Shown here: positions 1-10,900 of the stretch, piece by piece
Numbering within the stretch: the first letter of the stretch is position 1
Layout of the letters: the number at the start of each line of letters is the position of its first letter
DNA from: Eubacteriaceae bacterium UBA1433
GTDB taxonomy: Bacteria > Bacillota > Clostridia > Eubacteriales > UBA1433
NCBI GenBank assembly: GCA_002329295.1
Contig: DCTT01000018.1
Span: forward strand, 8,866-72,865
DNA length: 64,000 nt
Direction: 5' to 3'
The notes under the pieces: generated by a model
Databases searched by the model: none
What the model was told of the DNA's origin: nothing
The model's input: only the letters and a program-made list of their open reading frames with translations
Translations under genes and position numbers: made by a program

Positions 1-64
1 TGGAGGAGATGGCAAACAAAATACTATTTCCTATGAGGAAATTAATGCAGTAGAAGAACTGTAA
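1..64 (+). CDS. 3' end of an unidentified CDS (partial at window edge)
   Basis: Frame is open from the window edge: ..GGDGKQNTISYEEINAVEEL, then TAA at 62-64. Too short to assign a family. Confidence 0.3.
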   Translation, partial: GGDGKQNTISYEEINAVEEL

Positions 65-325
65 TTGAGAAGTTTTTCATCGGATACAAAACGAATATTC
101 GTTCCTACATAGGAAACTTGTAAGATATTAAGTGAGGATTTGGTTATATTTTTTTAACTGGAAATGGTTGGGGTTATTTGGAATTTATCGTGTACTCCTG
201 CTAACTTCTATGAAAAGACAATGTTGATGTTTCTAAATTCTTACTTCAGTAGTGACAGAGTAAATACTATTTTGTCAGGGTTGACGTGGCATAGCTCTAA
301 CTGCGATAGTATTAGCATCGATTGT

Positions 326-377
326 AAAAGAAGCTGAATATGAAAAACGCTGATTTTTTCTTCAGCTTCTTTTTTTT
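326..377 (+). terminator. Hairpin plus T-run (candidate intrinsic terminator with an unusually long loop)
   Basis: aaaagaagctgaa (326-338) pairs perfectly with ttcagcttctttt (361-373). The loop is 22 nt and the T-run extends to 377. Confidence 0.45.
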
Positions 378-623
378 GTTAAAAAGAAGTGTGGTTTATT
401 ATCAGTTTGATGTCTTTTGAGTATCATTGTTGCATAAAGTTTTTTAGAAGTATTTTTCCTGATTAGCAAAAACATTTTTGTGCGCAAAGTTGAAACGAGA
501 CCTTTCTTTTCAGCGTATTAAGCGCAATTTCTTCAGGCTTAGGAGAATGCATTACGGATTCCAAGTCAAAAAACTTCATATTCACAAAGTCAAGAAAGAA
601 AGCCTTTCCTTTTAGCGTGGTTT

Positions 624-632
624 TGGTATAAT
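624..632 (+). promoter_or_regulatory. Extended -10 promoter element upstream of ruvA
   Basis: TGgTATAAT at 624-632, about 24 nt upstream of the ruvA start. The -35 (CTTTCC) is weak. Confidence 0.4.
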
Positions 633-655
633 AAATAAAACAGGAGTGAAATAAA

Positions 656-1252
656 TTGTACGATTATATTCAAGGAAACTTAATTGAGATTGGTGCGGAT
701 TACGCAGTCATTGAAAACGGCGGGATTGGATACAGAATGTCTGTATCTGCCAATGCCGCCTTTGTTTTGCAAGAGACGAAAAACAACGCCAAGCTCTACA
801 CACATGTAAAAATCAGAGATGATGTGCTGGTGATTTACGGATTTATCAGCAAAGCGGAACGGGAACTGTATTTATCGCTCAACACGGTTTCGGGAGTGGG
901 GCCGAAAGCGGCGATGGCCATTCTCAGCTATCTTTCGGATAAAGCGATTATAGAGGCAATCCGCAGCGGCGATGCAAAATTGCTCTGTACGGCGCCCGGC
1001 ATAGGACTCAAAACCGCTCAGCGCATTATTGTGGATTTAAAAGGCAAGTTTGCGGACTCAAATGATTTTGACGATTTGCCTGTGGGCGTGTTACAGGAAG
1101 CGAGCGAGGAGAAAATGATTTGTATCGATGCGCTGATCTCTTTGGGATATGATCGAACGACGGCAACTCATATGGTGGAACAAACTTTTCAAAAAGAAGA
1201 AACGACACAAAAAAATATTTTGAAAGCGCTTGCCAGCGCTGACAGGCTGTAG
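656..1252 (+). CDS. ruvA: Holliday junction branch migration complex subunit RuvA
   Basis: 198 aa with N-terminus MYDYIQGNL..GGIGY and HhH motifs (VSGVGPKAA, APGIGLKTAQRI). TTG start, AGGAG 9 nt upstream, followed by ruvB. Confidence 0.93.
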   Translation: MYDYIQGNLIEIGADYAVIENGGIGYRMSVSANAAFVLQETKNNAKLYTHVKIRDDVLVIYGFISKAERELYLSLNTVSGVGPKAAMAILSYLSDKAIIEAIRSGDAKLLCTAPGIGLKTAQRIIVDLKGKFADSNDFDDLPVGVLQEASEEKMICIDALISLGYDRTTATHMVEQTFQKEETTQKNILKALASADRL

Positions 1253-1261
1253 GGGGTTGTT

Positions 1262-2293
1262 ATGGGAAAAAAAAGGATTGTCACGGCTTCAAAAACGGAG
1301 ATGGATGCAGACAATGAAAAAAGCTTGCGCCCTTCTTCGCTGAAAGAATATATCGGCCAAGAAAAAATTAAAAACAACATGAATGTATTTATCTCGGCAG
1401 CAAAGCAACGAGGGGATACTTTGGATCATGTGTTGTTTTTTGGCCCGCCCGGCTTGGGAAAAACCACCCTGGCTTATATTGTTGCACATGAAATGGGTGT
1501 AAACATCAAAGTAACTTCAGGGCCGGCGATCGAAAAGCCGGGAGATTTGGCGGCCATGCTGTCCAACTTGAACAAAGGGGATATTTTGTTCATTGATGAA
1601 ATTCACAGAATGAACAAGGTCGTGGAAGAGGTGCTCTATCCCGCCTTGGAAGACTTTGCTTTGGACATTATTGTCGGAAAAGGACCCGGTGCAAGGTCGA
1701 TACGGTTGGATCTGCCTCCCTTTACGCTTATTGGCGCCACAACAAGGGCGGGGTTGCTTTCATCGCCTTTGCGAGATCGCTTTGGCGTAATGTGCAGACT
1801 GGAACTGTACAGTCCCGAAGAATTGCAGGAAATTATTATGCGTTCGGCGAAAATATTGAATGTGGAAATCACCCCTCAGGGAGCGCGCGAACTTGCCTGC
1901 AGAAGCAGAGGCACACCGCGTATCGCCAACAGAATCCTCAAGCGCGCAAGAGACTTTGTGCAGGTGTTGAATATGAAAATCATTGATGAAAAATCCGCAA
2001 AAAAATCGTTGGATTTCTTGGAAGTGGACGAAAGGGGACTGGACAATAACGATCGGCGGATGCTGCATGCCATTATCGGCTCGTTTGGCGGAGGTCCGGT
2101 TGGGTTAGATACACTGGCGGCGGCAATCGGCGAAGAAAAAGACAACATTGAAGATGTTTATGAACCCTATTTGATTCAAATCGGATTTATTCAAAGAACG
2201 CCTCGGGGGCGTGTGGCAACCCGTCATGCCTATGAGCATTTGCAAATACCATATCAAGAGGGAACGGTTGAAAACGAGCGATTTTTATTATGA
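1262..2293 (+). CDS. ruvB: Holliday junction DNA helicase RuvB
   Basis: 343 aa. Walker [10 protein letters not shown], Walker B FIDEIHR, and the RuvB-type C-terminal winged helix. Confidence 0.96.
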   Translation: MGKKRIVTASKTEMDADNEKSLRPSSLKEYIGQEKIKNNMNVFISAAKQRGDTLDHVLFFGPPGLGKTTLAYIVAHEMGVNIKVTSGPAIEKPGDLAAMLSNLNKGDILFIDEIHRMNKVVEEVLYPALEDFALDIIVGKGPGARSIRLDLPPFTLIGATTRAGLLSSPLRDRFGVMCRLELYSPEELQEIIMRSAKILNVEITPQGARELACRSRGTPRIANRILKRARDFVQVLNMKIIDEKSAKKSLDFLEVDERGLDNNDRRMLHAIIGSFGGGPVGLDTLAAAIGEEKDNIEDVYEPYLIQIGFIQRTPRGRVATRHAYEHLQIPYQEGTVENERFLL

Positions 2294-3290
2294 ACTCCCC
2301 AAAGAATTAATAGCGCAATATCCTTCGGCACGGCGGGATGAATCTTTATTAATGATTATCAATCGTACAACAGGAGCCATTGCGCATAGGCGGTTTTATG
2401 ATCTTGTCGATTATCTGCAAGCGGGAGATTGTCTGGTATTTAACGACTCAAAGGTTATTCGAGCAAGATTGCTCGGAAAAAAACAAACCGGTGCAAAGGT
2501 CGAAACATTGCTTATCAAGCATATCGAAAAAAATTTTTGGCAAGCTTTGATAAAACCGTTAAAACGTTTAAAAGAAAATGATATAATCATGATAGAGCAG
2601 GACTTTCAGGTAAAACTTCTGCAAAAAAACTCGGACGGCACCTGTGTTGTGGAGCTCATGGGGCAAAACGACATGGAAGAACAAATCGAGCGCTACGGGA
2701 AAATTCCGCTACCGCCTTATATTGTGGATGACGAGAAAAAATATGACAGATATCAGACGGTTTATGCGAAAAATCCGGGGTCGGTAGCAGCACCCACGGC
2801 AGGGCTCCACTTTAGCCCGAATTTGCTTGACAAACTCAAAGAAAAAAAAATCTCTCAGGCATTTTTGACTTTGCATGTAGGGATAGATACCTTTCGTCCC
2901 GTAAAGGAAGAATATGTTGAAGAACACAAAATGCATAGAGAATACTATCATATATCAAAGGAAAGTGCAGATGTAATCAATCAAACCAAAGAGAGCGGCG
3001 GGCGCATTATCCCGGTAGGGACTACGGCGATGCGCACACTGGAAGGATGCATGAAGAAGCACGGGAAAATTATTCCGGTGGCTGACAGCACGGACATTTA
3101 TATTTATCCGCCCTATCAATTTCAAATTGCCGATGCACTGATTACGAATTTTCATTTGCCGCAGTCCACGTTGTTAATGCTGGTATCAGCGTTTTATGAC
3201 AGAGAAAAATTGTTGGATGCCTATGGCAAAGCGATTGAACAAAAGTATCGTTTCTTCAGTTTCGGAGACGCGATGTTTCTGCATTCATAG
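2268..3290 (+). CDS. queA: tRNA preQ1(34) S-adenosylmethionine ribosyltransferase-isomerase QueA
   Basis: The track ORF starts at 2211, but the canonical QueA N-terminus (M)[18 protein letters not shown] begins at the in-frame TTG 2268, preceded by GAGGGA. It overlaps the ruvB 3' end by 26 nt. Confidence 0.9.
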   Translation: MKTSDFYYELPKELIAQYPSARRDESLLMIINRTTGAIAHRRFYDLVDYLQAGDCLVFNDSKVIRARLLGKKQTGAKVETLLIKHIEKNFWQALIKPLKRLKENDIIMIEQDFQVKLLQKNSDGTCVVELMGQNDMEEQIERYGKIPLPPYIVDDEKKYDRYQTVYAKNPGSVAAPTAGLHFSPNLLDKLKEKKISQAFLTLHVGIDTFRPVKEEYVEEHKMHREYYHISKESADVINQTKESGGRIIPVGTTAMRTLEGCMKKHGKIIPVADSTDIYIYPPYQFQIADALITNFHLPQSTLLMLVSAFYDREKLLDAYGKAIEQKYRFFSFGDAMFLHS

Positions 3291-3328
3291 ATGATTTTAT
3301 ATATAATTGATGCAAAGGAGAGAGAAAG

Positions 3329-4528
3329 ATGCAACCGATTCGAACATGCAAAAACTTACAAACTATTACACCTTCCATGACACTGGCCATTACGGCAAAG
3401 GCAAAACAGTTGCGAGCCGAGGGCAAAGATGTCATTGGCTTTGGCGCAGGAGAACCTGATTTTGATACCCCTGAGGCTATTAAACAAGCGGGGATTGCCG
3501 CCATTGAAGCGAATTTTACACGCTATACGGAAGTAAACGGCACCATGGCATTGCGCAAACTGATTTGTAAAAAGTTTCAAGAAGAAAACGGACTGGACTA
3601 TGAGCCGAAGAACATCATTGTCAACAGCGGTGCAAAACACAGTTTATATGTTGCGCTTTCTGCCATATTAAATCAGGGGGAAGAAGTGATTGTCCCCGTC
3701 CCTTATTGGGTCAGTTATCCGGAAATGGTGAAAATTGCCGGTGGAGTACCTGTATATGTACAGACAACGGCAGAAAACGGATTTAAAGTAACGGCGCAAG
3801 ACTTGCAAAATGCATTGAGCGAAAAAACAAAAGCCATTATGCTCAACTCGCCGTCAAACCCGACCGGAAGTGTATATTCGAGAGAAGAGCTGCAAGTGGT
3901 TGCTGATTTTGCGGTAAAAAATAATATCATCGTGCTCTCCGACGAGATTTATGAAAGCATTATTTATGACGGGGCAGAACATGTCAGCATTGCACAGCTG
4001 GGCGAAGAAATCAAAAAGAACACCATTGTCATCAACGGGCTTTCAAAGACCTATGCCATGACGGGATGGCGCGTTGGGTATACGGCGGCAGAAGAAGACA
4101 TTATCAAGGCCATGAGCAGCATTCAAGGGCATACCGTGTCGCACCCTGCTTCTATATCACAAAAAGCCGGAGAAGCCGCCATGACATTGGATAAAAAAAT
4201 TATCGAAGATATGGTGAGACAGTACGATGAACGACGACGATTTATGATGCGCTATATTGATGAAAATATTCCGATGTTTTCATATATCAAACCGGAAGGC
4301 GCTTTTTATCTGTATGTGGATATTTCCAAAACATTCGGAAAAACCTACAAGGGCAAAGAAGTAAACTGTGCATTGGATTTTGCCGGTGTACTCCTGGAAG
4401 AATCTTTGGTTGCGGTGATTCCCGGTGAAGGTTTTGGCACCAAAGAATTTATTCGTTTGTCTTATGCAACATCCATGAAAAACATTGAAGAAGGATTGAA
4501 AAGAATCAGAGATTTTGTAGCACAATGA
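3329..4528 (+). CDS. Class I pyridoxal-phosphate aminotransferase, aspartate aminotransferase-like
   Basis: 399 aa. Motifs GAGEPDFDTP, SNPTGSVYS and the PLP-lysine context LSKTYAMTGWRVGY. AAGGAGAG ribosome-binding site. Confidence 0.85.
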   Translation: MQPIRTCKNLQTITPSMTLAITAKAKQLRAEGKDVIGFGAGEPDFDTPEAIKQAGIAAIEANFTRYTEVNGTMALRKLICKKFQEENGLDYEPKNIIVNSGAKHSLYVALSAILNQGEEVIVPVPYWVSYPEMVKIAGGVPVYVQTTAENGFKVTAQDLQNALSEKTKAIMLNSPSNPTGSVYSREELQVVADFAVKNNIIVLSDEIYESIIYDGAEHVSIAQLGEEIKKNTIVINGLSKTYAMTGWRVGYTAAEEDIIKAMSSIQGHTVSHPASISQKAGEAAMTLDKKIIEDMVRQYDERRRFMMRYIDENIPMFSYIKPEGAFYLYVDISKTFGKTYKGKEVNCALDFAGVLLEESLVAVIPGEGFGTKEFIRLSYATSMKNIEEGLKRIRDFVAQ

Positions 4529-4546
4529 AATGATTTGAGGTAATGT

Positions 4547-5974
4547 ATGACAGAGCAATATGTAAGTCCGCTGAGCGAAAGATATGCATCTAAGGAAATG
4601 TTGCGCATTTTTTCTGCAGACAACAAGTTTTCCACCTGGCGTAAGCTGTGGGTGGCTCTGGCGGTTGCCCAAAAAGAGTTGGGTCTTCCTGTCACGGAAG
4701 AACAAATCGCACAAATGAAAGCGCATATTGATGATATTGATTATGAGAAAGCGGCGCAATACGAACAAACATTTAAGCATGACGTGATGGCGCATGTGCA
4801 TACCTATGGAGAAGCGGCGCCCAAGGCAAAGGCGATTATTCATTTGGGCGCCACAAGCGCTTATGTAGGTGACAATGCGGATTTGATAATGTATCGCCAA
4901 GGGCTGAAGTTGGTCTATGAGAAAGTTCTGTTGTTAATGGAGCGTATGAAAGATTTTGCGCTTCAATATGCAGATTTGCCCACATTGGGTTATACACATT
5001 TTCAGCCGGCTCAGTTGACTACTGTAGGCAAACGTGCAAGTTTGTGGTTATATGATTTGGTGTTGGATACGGAACAAATTCGTTTTACGCTGGATTCTTT
5101 TCGTCTGTTGGGCGTAAAAGGTACCACGGGTACACAGGCAAGCTTTATGAGTTTGTTTGAAAATGACGAGGAGAAGGTGCTGGCTCTTGAAAAATCAGTG
5201 GAAAAGCAAATGGGCTTTGAAGCGTCCTTTGCGGTTACAGGGCAAACTTATCCTCGCAAATTTGATTCTCGTATTTTGTATTGTTTGAGTGATATTGCAC
5301 AGTCCTTACACAAATGCGCTACGGATATTCGGTTATTACAACACCTCAAAGAAATAGAAGAGCCCTTTGGCAAGAAACAGATCGGCTCTTCGGCCATGGC
5401 CTATAAGCGCAATCCTATGAAGTGTGAGCGCATTTGTTCATTGGCAAGATATATTCTCACCAGCGCTATGAATCCGCAACTGACTGCATCGGTGCAATGG
5501 TTTGAGCGAACTTTGGATGACAGCGCCAATAGACGGATTTGTATTCCGGAGGCGTTCTTGGCTGCAGATGCTATTTTAAATTTGGCCATCAATGTATTTG
5601 ATGGTCTGGTTGTCAACGAAAAAGTGATTGAAAGTCATATTCGACAAGAGCTGCCTTTTATGTTGACAGAAAATATGATTATGGAAAGTGTAAAGCATGG
5701 AGCAGACAGGCAAGAGGTTCATGAGCGCATTCGCGTATTGAGTATGGAGGCGGCAGAACAGGTAAAAGTTTATGGTAAAGAAAATGACTTGCTGCAGCGC
5801 ATTGCAAAGGATGACTTGATAAAGTTGGACGAAGCACAATTGGAGAAAATGACGGATCCGAGTCTTTATGTAGGACGTTCAGGCAACCAGGTGCGTGAAT
5901 TCATCAATCAGAAAGTGTTGCCTTTATTAAAAAAACTCGACAAAACGACAAAGATTGAACAGCCAAAAGTTTGA
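4547..5974 (+). CDS. purB: Adenylosuccinate lyase
   Basis: 475 aa. N-terminus SPLSERYASKEM and fumarate-lyase signature GSSAMAYKRNP. Confidence 0.93.
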   Translation: MTEQYVSPLSERYASKEMLRIFSADNKFSTWRKLWVALAVAQKELGLPVTEEQIAQMKAHIDDIDYEKAAQYEQTFKHDVMAHVHTYGEAAPKAKAIIHLGATSAYVGDNADLIMYRQGLKLVYEKVLLLMERMKDFALQYADLPTLGYTHFQPAQLTTVGKRASLWLYDLVLDTEQIRFTLDSFRLLGVKGTTGTQASFMSLFENDEEKVLALEKSVEKQMGFEASFAVTGQTYPRKFDSRILYCLSDIAQSLHKCATDIRLLQHLKEIEEPFGKKQIGSSAMAYKRNPMKCERICSLARYILTSAMNPQLTASVQWFERTLDDSANRRICIPEAFLAADAILNLAINVFDGLVVNEKVIESHIRQELPFMLTENMIMESVKHGADRQEVHERIRVLSMEAAEQVKVYGKENDLLQRIAKDDLIKLDEAQLEKMTDPSLYVGRSGNQVREFINQKVLPLLKKLDKTTKIEQPKV

Positions 5975-5998
5975 TGGCCGAATGATAAAAAAAGAATG

Positions 5999-6037
5999 AA
6001 CACATAGCCATGTTGTATAGGCTATGTGTTTTTCTTT
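5999..6037 (+). terminator. Intrinsic terminator after purB
   Basis: aacacatagcc / ggctatgtgtt 11-bp stem, 10-nt loop, T-run. Confidence 0.75.
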
Positions 6038-6143
6038 AGAAAAGAATCATAAAGGGGTTGATTTTTTATTTCAAAAGCAGTATACTTTAATTGTTACAAA
6101 ATAGTTACAAATCAGATACACTTTATATAACTGGGGGAAGTTT

Positions 6144-6617
6144 ATGAAACGCGTTTTGACGGCATTTGTGGGCACAGCGGTTCTGATTCTTATCTTGGTT
6201 CTTTCTTTGGTTTCCTGTAAAAAGGCGGAACCTGCTTTGAAAATTGTCGATCTCGATCTTTTGAAAGAAGAAGTGAGCGCTACGATGAATATATCGATGC
6301 CTGTGGAAATTGACGAGAATATGCTGCGATCACAATATGCAATCAGTGCAAACCAGATAGAAAAATTCAGCGGCATTACTTCGGCAACGATGACTAACGC
6401 TGATACGTTTTTAGCCGTTATGGCAAAAGAAGGAAATACGGCGGTCATAGAAAGTGCATTCGAAAAACGAATCGAAGATATCAGACAGTCTTTCGCCAAT
6501 AATTTGGAGGCGAAAAAGTTGGAAAACGCAAAAATTATCAAAAAAGACGATTATGTATTTTTGGTTATCACTGATAAGCCCAAAGAAGTAGAAAAAATCA
6601 TTAACAGCCGTTTTTAA
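6144..6617 (+). CDS. DUF4358-like lipoprotein
   Basis: 157 aa. Signal peptide with lipobox LVSC. The C-terminal part resembles DUF4358 proteins (recalled from memory, no search). Confidence 0.65.
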   Translation: MKRVLTAFVGTAVLILILVLSLVSCKKAEPALKIVDLDLLKEEVSATMNISMPVEIDENMLRSQYAISANQIEKFSGITSATMTNADTFLAVMAKEGNTAVIESAFEKRIEDIRQSFANNLEAKKLENAKIIKKDDYVFLVITDKPKEVEKIINSRF

Positions 6618-6633
6618 ACGGATATGGATATGG

Positions 6634-6666
6634 ATACGTCTCGGCGCAAGCGAGGCGTATTTTTTT
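6634..6666 (+). terminator. Intrinsic terminator
   Basis: atacgtctcg / cgaggcgtat stem with one G-U pair, followed by TTTTTTT. Confidence 0.7.
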
Positions 6667-6756
6667 ATAAAGAAACGATTTATATGAATTTCAGTTGTGA
6701 AATGATTTCAAATCGACTATGATATAAGCAATATGTTAAAACGAAGGGAAGCAATT

Positions 6757-7902
6757 ATGAGTACAGAAAAATTAGAAAAACACATGAAAAAAATCATCGA
6801 TTCACAATATCAACGCATTGAAAAAATGAAAGAAGAGAAAGATTTTATTGATTATACAACACTGCGCCCTATTGTTGTAGGCCTTATAGGCGGGGACGGG
6901 ATCGGGCCTTATATAACAGAGCACACTTATCAAGTGTTAAAAGTCCTTTTACAAGAAGAAATAAATGCGGGCAAAATCGTTTTTCGAACCATTGACGGCT
7001 TGACAATTGAAAACAGAGTGCAGGCAGAAAAAGCCATTCCCGATGATGTGTTGCAAGAAATCAAGGCTTGTCATGTGTTGCTCAAAGGACCTACTACCAC
7101 ACCTAGAGCGGGTGATAAGTGGAAAAATATTGAGAGCGCCAACGTGGCTATGCGCAGAGAATTGGATTTGTTTGCAAATATTCGACCGGTTAGAGTGCCG
7201 GAAGAAGGAATCGATTGGGTGTTTTATCGTGAAAATACGGAAGGGTCTTATATTTTGGGCAGCCAGGGAATTTGCTTGGATGATGAACTGTGCATCGATT
7301 TTACCGTGACCACAAAGGAGGGCAGTGATCGCATTTTGCGCGCGGCTTTTGACTATGCAAGCAAGTCCGGAAAAAACAGGGTAACGGCAGTAACAAAGGC
7401 GAATATTATCAAGGCCACCGATGGAAAATTTTTGGAACAGGCGAAAATCATCGCCAAAGAATATCCTGCCGTTGTATTTGATGACTGGTATGTGGATATT
7501 ATGGCGGCCAAGTTGCTGGACACAAAGCGAAGGGATCAGTTTAAAGTCATTGTTTTGCCCAATCTTTACGGTGATATTTTGACCGACGAGGCTGCTGAAC
7601 TGCAGGGAGGCGTTGGCACGGCAGGAAGCGCCAATGTGGGCAAAAAATATGCGATGTTTGAGGCGATTCACGGTTCGGCGCCGAGGATGGTAGAAGAAGG
7701 CAGAGCCGCTTATGCCGATCCTTCCAGCATGATGCGCGCAGCGGTGATGATGTTGGAACACATCGGTTTTACGCAAAAAGCAAAGCAACTTTCTTCTGCA
7801 TTGGATCAAGCGGTGATATTTGAAAAGAAAGTGAAAATCACAGGTCGAGAAGATGGAGCAACCTCTGAAGAATTTTCCGAATATGTGATGAGTCTTATGT
7901 GA
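6757..7902 (+). CDS. Isocitrate/isopropylmalate dehydrogenase family protein (NAD-IDH-like; substrate not certain)
   Basis: Motifs GGDGIGPYI and NLYGDILTDEAA..GG.G...SAN.G. Start moved to ATG 6757 (GAAGGGAAG ribosome-binding site) from the track start 6733. Confidence 0.8.
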   Translation: MSTEKLEKHMKKIIDSQYQRIEKMKEEKDFIDYTTLRPIVVGLIGGDGIGPYITEHTYQVLKVLLQEEINAGKIVFRTIDGLTIENRVQAEKAIPDDVLQEIKACHVLLKGPTTTPRAGDKWKNIESANVAMRRELDLFANIRPVRVPEEGIDWVFYRENTEGSYILGSQGICLDDELCIDFTVTTKEGSDRILRAAFDYASKSGKNRVTAVTKANIIKATDGKFLEQAKIIAKEYPAVVFDDWYVDIMAAKLLDTKRRDQFKVIVLPNLYGDILTDEAAELQGGVGTAGSANVGKKYAMFEAIHGSAPRMVEEGRAAYADPSSMMRAAVMMLEHIGFTQKAKQLSSALDQAVIFEKKVKITGREDGATSEEFSEYVMSLM

Positions 7903-7934
7903 AAAAAATGCTTTTATGCGAGGTAGAATAAAAT

Positions 7935-7971
7935 AAAAAAACCTTACCCGATATCGGATAAGGTTTTTTTT
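7935..7971. terminator. Bidirectional intrinsic terminator between convergent genes
   Basis: An A-run, then the accttacccg / cggataaggt stem, then a T-run. It lies between the dehydrogenase (+) and the PBP (-). Confidence 0.75.
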
Positions 7972-7988
7972 GATATTCTATTGGGCTC

Positions 7989-10900
7989 TTACGGTTGAAC
8001 TACTTTTACGGTCAAGGTTGCAGTTCCGGTTTTACCCAAAGAGTTGGTAACGGAATATATAACGGAATATGTGCCAGGTTGATCGACATTTACAGCGGAA
8101 GAATTAATGCTTACGTTGCCGAAAGGAATATTGCCATCGGTTCCGTCCGTTACCGAATAGATAAATGTAGTAAAATCAGGTAACGGACCGCCCTTATTTA
8201 CGGTGGTAGAAGTAGGATTCAATACAATCACAGGAACGGTAATCACCGTTGTTTTCACGGTAACGTTAACCGAAGTGGAAAACGCTGAGCCATGCGGGTC
8301 GGTATAGGTAACGGTAATGACGGCGTTACCGCCTTTTTTGCCCTTGACAGTGACATTGTTGCCGGAAATGGAGACAGAAGCCACGTTGTTGTTGCTTGTG
8401 CCGGCAGAAAGATTTGTTAAACCTGATACCTGACCTCCGATAGCATTGGTGCCCTGAACAGTAAAGGTGACGGTGTCGTTTTGATTAACGGTGACATCAT
8501 TGGGCGCGGAACCACCGTAGTACAAATCAATGGCAGCCACAGAGCTGGCATTATGAATCGGGCAGTTTTCTGCCTCGCCCTCGGCAGGGAAATAGACAAC
8601 ATCCTGCTCATTTGCCGGTACAAAAGTGGGGTTCAGCGCCTTTACGCCTGCAGGGAATCGTGAGTCAGGTTTCACAATAACGACTTTTTTGGTGACCAAA
8701 TCAGGGGGGCAATATTGCGTTGCCGTTTTGCCGGAAACGTTGCAAAGAACCAGTTCCTGGTGAAAGTCATCCGGTTCGCTTGGCACGGTACCTGCAATAA
8801 ACATTTCAGTGTATACCCTTGAGCCGCGAGGGTCTCTTGAAGAAAGTTCGGTAGGTAATTTGCCGGATACGTTGTCAACGGCTGCTGTTACGATATTATC
8901 GGGACGAGCAGGAAAACTGCCGGAAGAAAGACCTTTTGCGGAATGGATTTCGCGCATATTCACTTCCCACATATAAGCGGGACCGGGCTTGCTGCCGCCA
9001 AAAATACCGATATTGAGTGTGTAGGTTTGACCGTTTGCGATTACCTTATTTTCATCATATCCATACCAAACAGCACCGGTGTAATAGGGGGTATAGCCAC
9101 AGAAATATGCGTGGCGCCGTTCGTCGGTGGTTCCTGTTTTGCCTGCTACGGGAATGCCGGAAATGCTGATTGATGTTGTGCCGCCGCGTACAACCATTTG
9201 CAATACGTCAGTAATCAAATAGGATGTAGCCGGCGAGAAAACCTGCGTTTTTTCTGCTTTGTTTTCAAAGAGTAAATTTCCTTCGCGGTCATAGACGGCA
9301 GTATATAAAAGCGGGTCGGTTCTAATGCCTTGATTTGGGAAGGTGGTAAAAGCCGCAGCCATGACCAAAGGCGTTTGACCACGGGTGTATCCTCCTAAGG
9401 ACAATGCCGCTGCGCCATAATCGGATTCTTCCAATTCTAAGCCCAGTTTAAGCGCATAGGACGAAGAGGTTTCAACACCTACCAGATACCAGGCTTGAGC
9501 GGCAACTAAGTTCAGAGATTTGGCCAGCCCGTTGCGCACGGTTGTCATCCCTGATTGTCCGCCGCCGGAGTTGGTAGGTTTCCAGCCCCCTGCATTGATG
9601 CGCACATCATCGAAAGTAGTTGCCAGTGTCAGTACGCCGGTATCAAGACCCGGACCATATACGGTCAGCGGTTTGGTGGAAGAACCGACCTGAAATTTGC
9701 GTGTGGCGCGATTGAGAGAAAGGCTTGCTGTTTTTTCTCGTCCGCCGATCAGGCCGGCAACATATCCTGTCTGATTATCAATGACCACCATGGCGCATTG
9801 CGGGATATAATTGACCGTTTCACCGGTGGCAGCGGATTTTGCTGCGCTAGCAGCACGCGCTGTTGAGCTCTGAGAAGGAAAGAGTCTGCTGTTAGAAGCA
9901 TTTTTTTCTAAGATGCTTTGAATTTGCGGATCCAAGGTAGAATGAATCACCAATCCGCCGTTAAGCAATGTATCTTGAGCCGATTCCTGCGTGTAACCAT
10001 ATTTGTTGACCATGTCTTTTAACAGTTGTTCGTAAAGCGCATCGGTGAAATATGAATATACGGTACTGGACGCGCTCTCAGGCCTAAGTCCTACATTGCC
10101 GGAGTCGATTTGCTGGATGGCAATATCATATTCGGCTTTTACAATATATTTTAATTCGAGCATTTTATTTAAAACGAGCTTGGCTCGCTCGGCATTTTTG
10201 GGGTTGAGCGGATAATATTTGTTGCCGGCTTCATCTGTTGCGGAAACAATATAGCTGACATTGTCTTCGGTGTTGGTTTCCAGAACAAAAGGCAAATATA
10301 TGCTTGGAGCCTGAGGCATGGCAGCCAATACGGCTGATTGTGCCAAGGTAAGCTCAGAACAAGGTTTGTCGAAAAAAGTATTGGACGCTGACTCAATGCC
10401 CCATGCCCAGGCAAAATTGATTTTATTTAAGTAAGCTGCCAAAATTTGATCTTTGGTCAACATGTTTTCAAGTTCTATGGACAATTTCCATTCCATAACT
10501 TTTCGTTGAATCCTTTTGACATCGCTCAAATGGGTGCCCTTGATTAGTTGTTGGGTAATGGTGCTTCCGCCCGGACCGGAGAGAGAGCGTTTTTTTACTA
10601 TATTCAAAACAGCCCTGGTAATTCCTTTCAAGTCAATGCCTTGATGGGTATAAAAACGCTCGTCTTCAATTGCAATGAATGCAAACTGCACTTGTTCGGG
10701 GATTTGGTCAATGCCAACGGCTTTGCGCTTTTCTTTTCCCTGGAGTTCCTGATAAAAATGACCGTCTTTATCAACGATGATGGAGGATTCAATGTATTTA
10801 AGATTTTCTAAATCGATATCGGGCGCTGTGGCAATCCAATAAAAACCGAAAAAGGAAAGAATGGTGCCGCCAAGCAAAATCAAAGCGAAACCAGCTACTG

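Noticed and set aside
90-103. AACGAATATTCGTT as a LexA (Cheo) box controlling ruvAB.
   Set aside because: The Cheo box is GAAC-N4-GTTC, whereas this dyad is GAAT-ATTC with no spacer. It also lies about 550 nt from ruvA, beyond an intervening hairpin terminator, and I saw no GAAC-N4-GTTC near the ruvA promoter.
463-579. 38-aa minus-strand ORF (MKFFDLESVMHSPKPEEIALNTLKRKVSFQLCAQKCFC) upstream of ruvA.
   Set aside because: It has no ribosome-binding site, no terminator and no recognisable family, so it is probably a chance ORF.
2211-2267. N-terminal extensions implied by the longest-ORF starts: queA 2211, chrA 12022, trmK 14039, pyrB 47180, serC 41976, pgk 32492, trxA 60547, carB 53863, pepV 57062, asnS 58488 and PBP 11222.
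   Set aside because: In each case a downstream start has a proper Shine-Dalgarno sequence and reproduces the family-typical N-terminus. The extensions overlap upstream genes, terminators or the ribosome-binding site itself.
6949-7809. 286-aa ORF on the minus strand inside the dehydrogenase gene. Similar long antisense ORFs occur at 18461-19321 (-), 61252-61947 (-), 4280-4900 (-), 6071-6541 (-) and 11066-11551 (-).
   Set aside because: Each lies fully antisense to a CDS with clear family motifs. The translations are low-complexity and rich in R, F, C and H, with no ribosome-binding sites. These are typical shadow ORFs.
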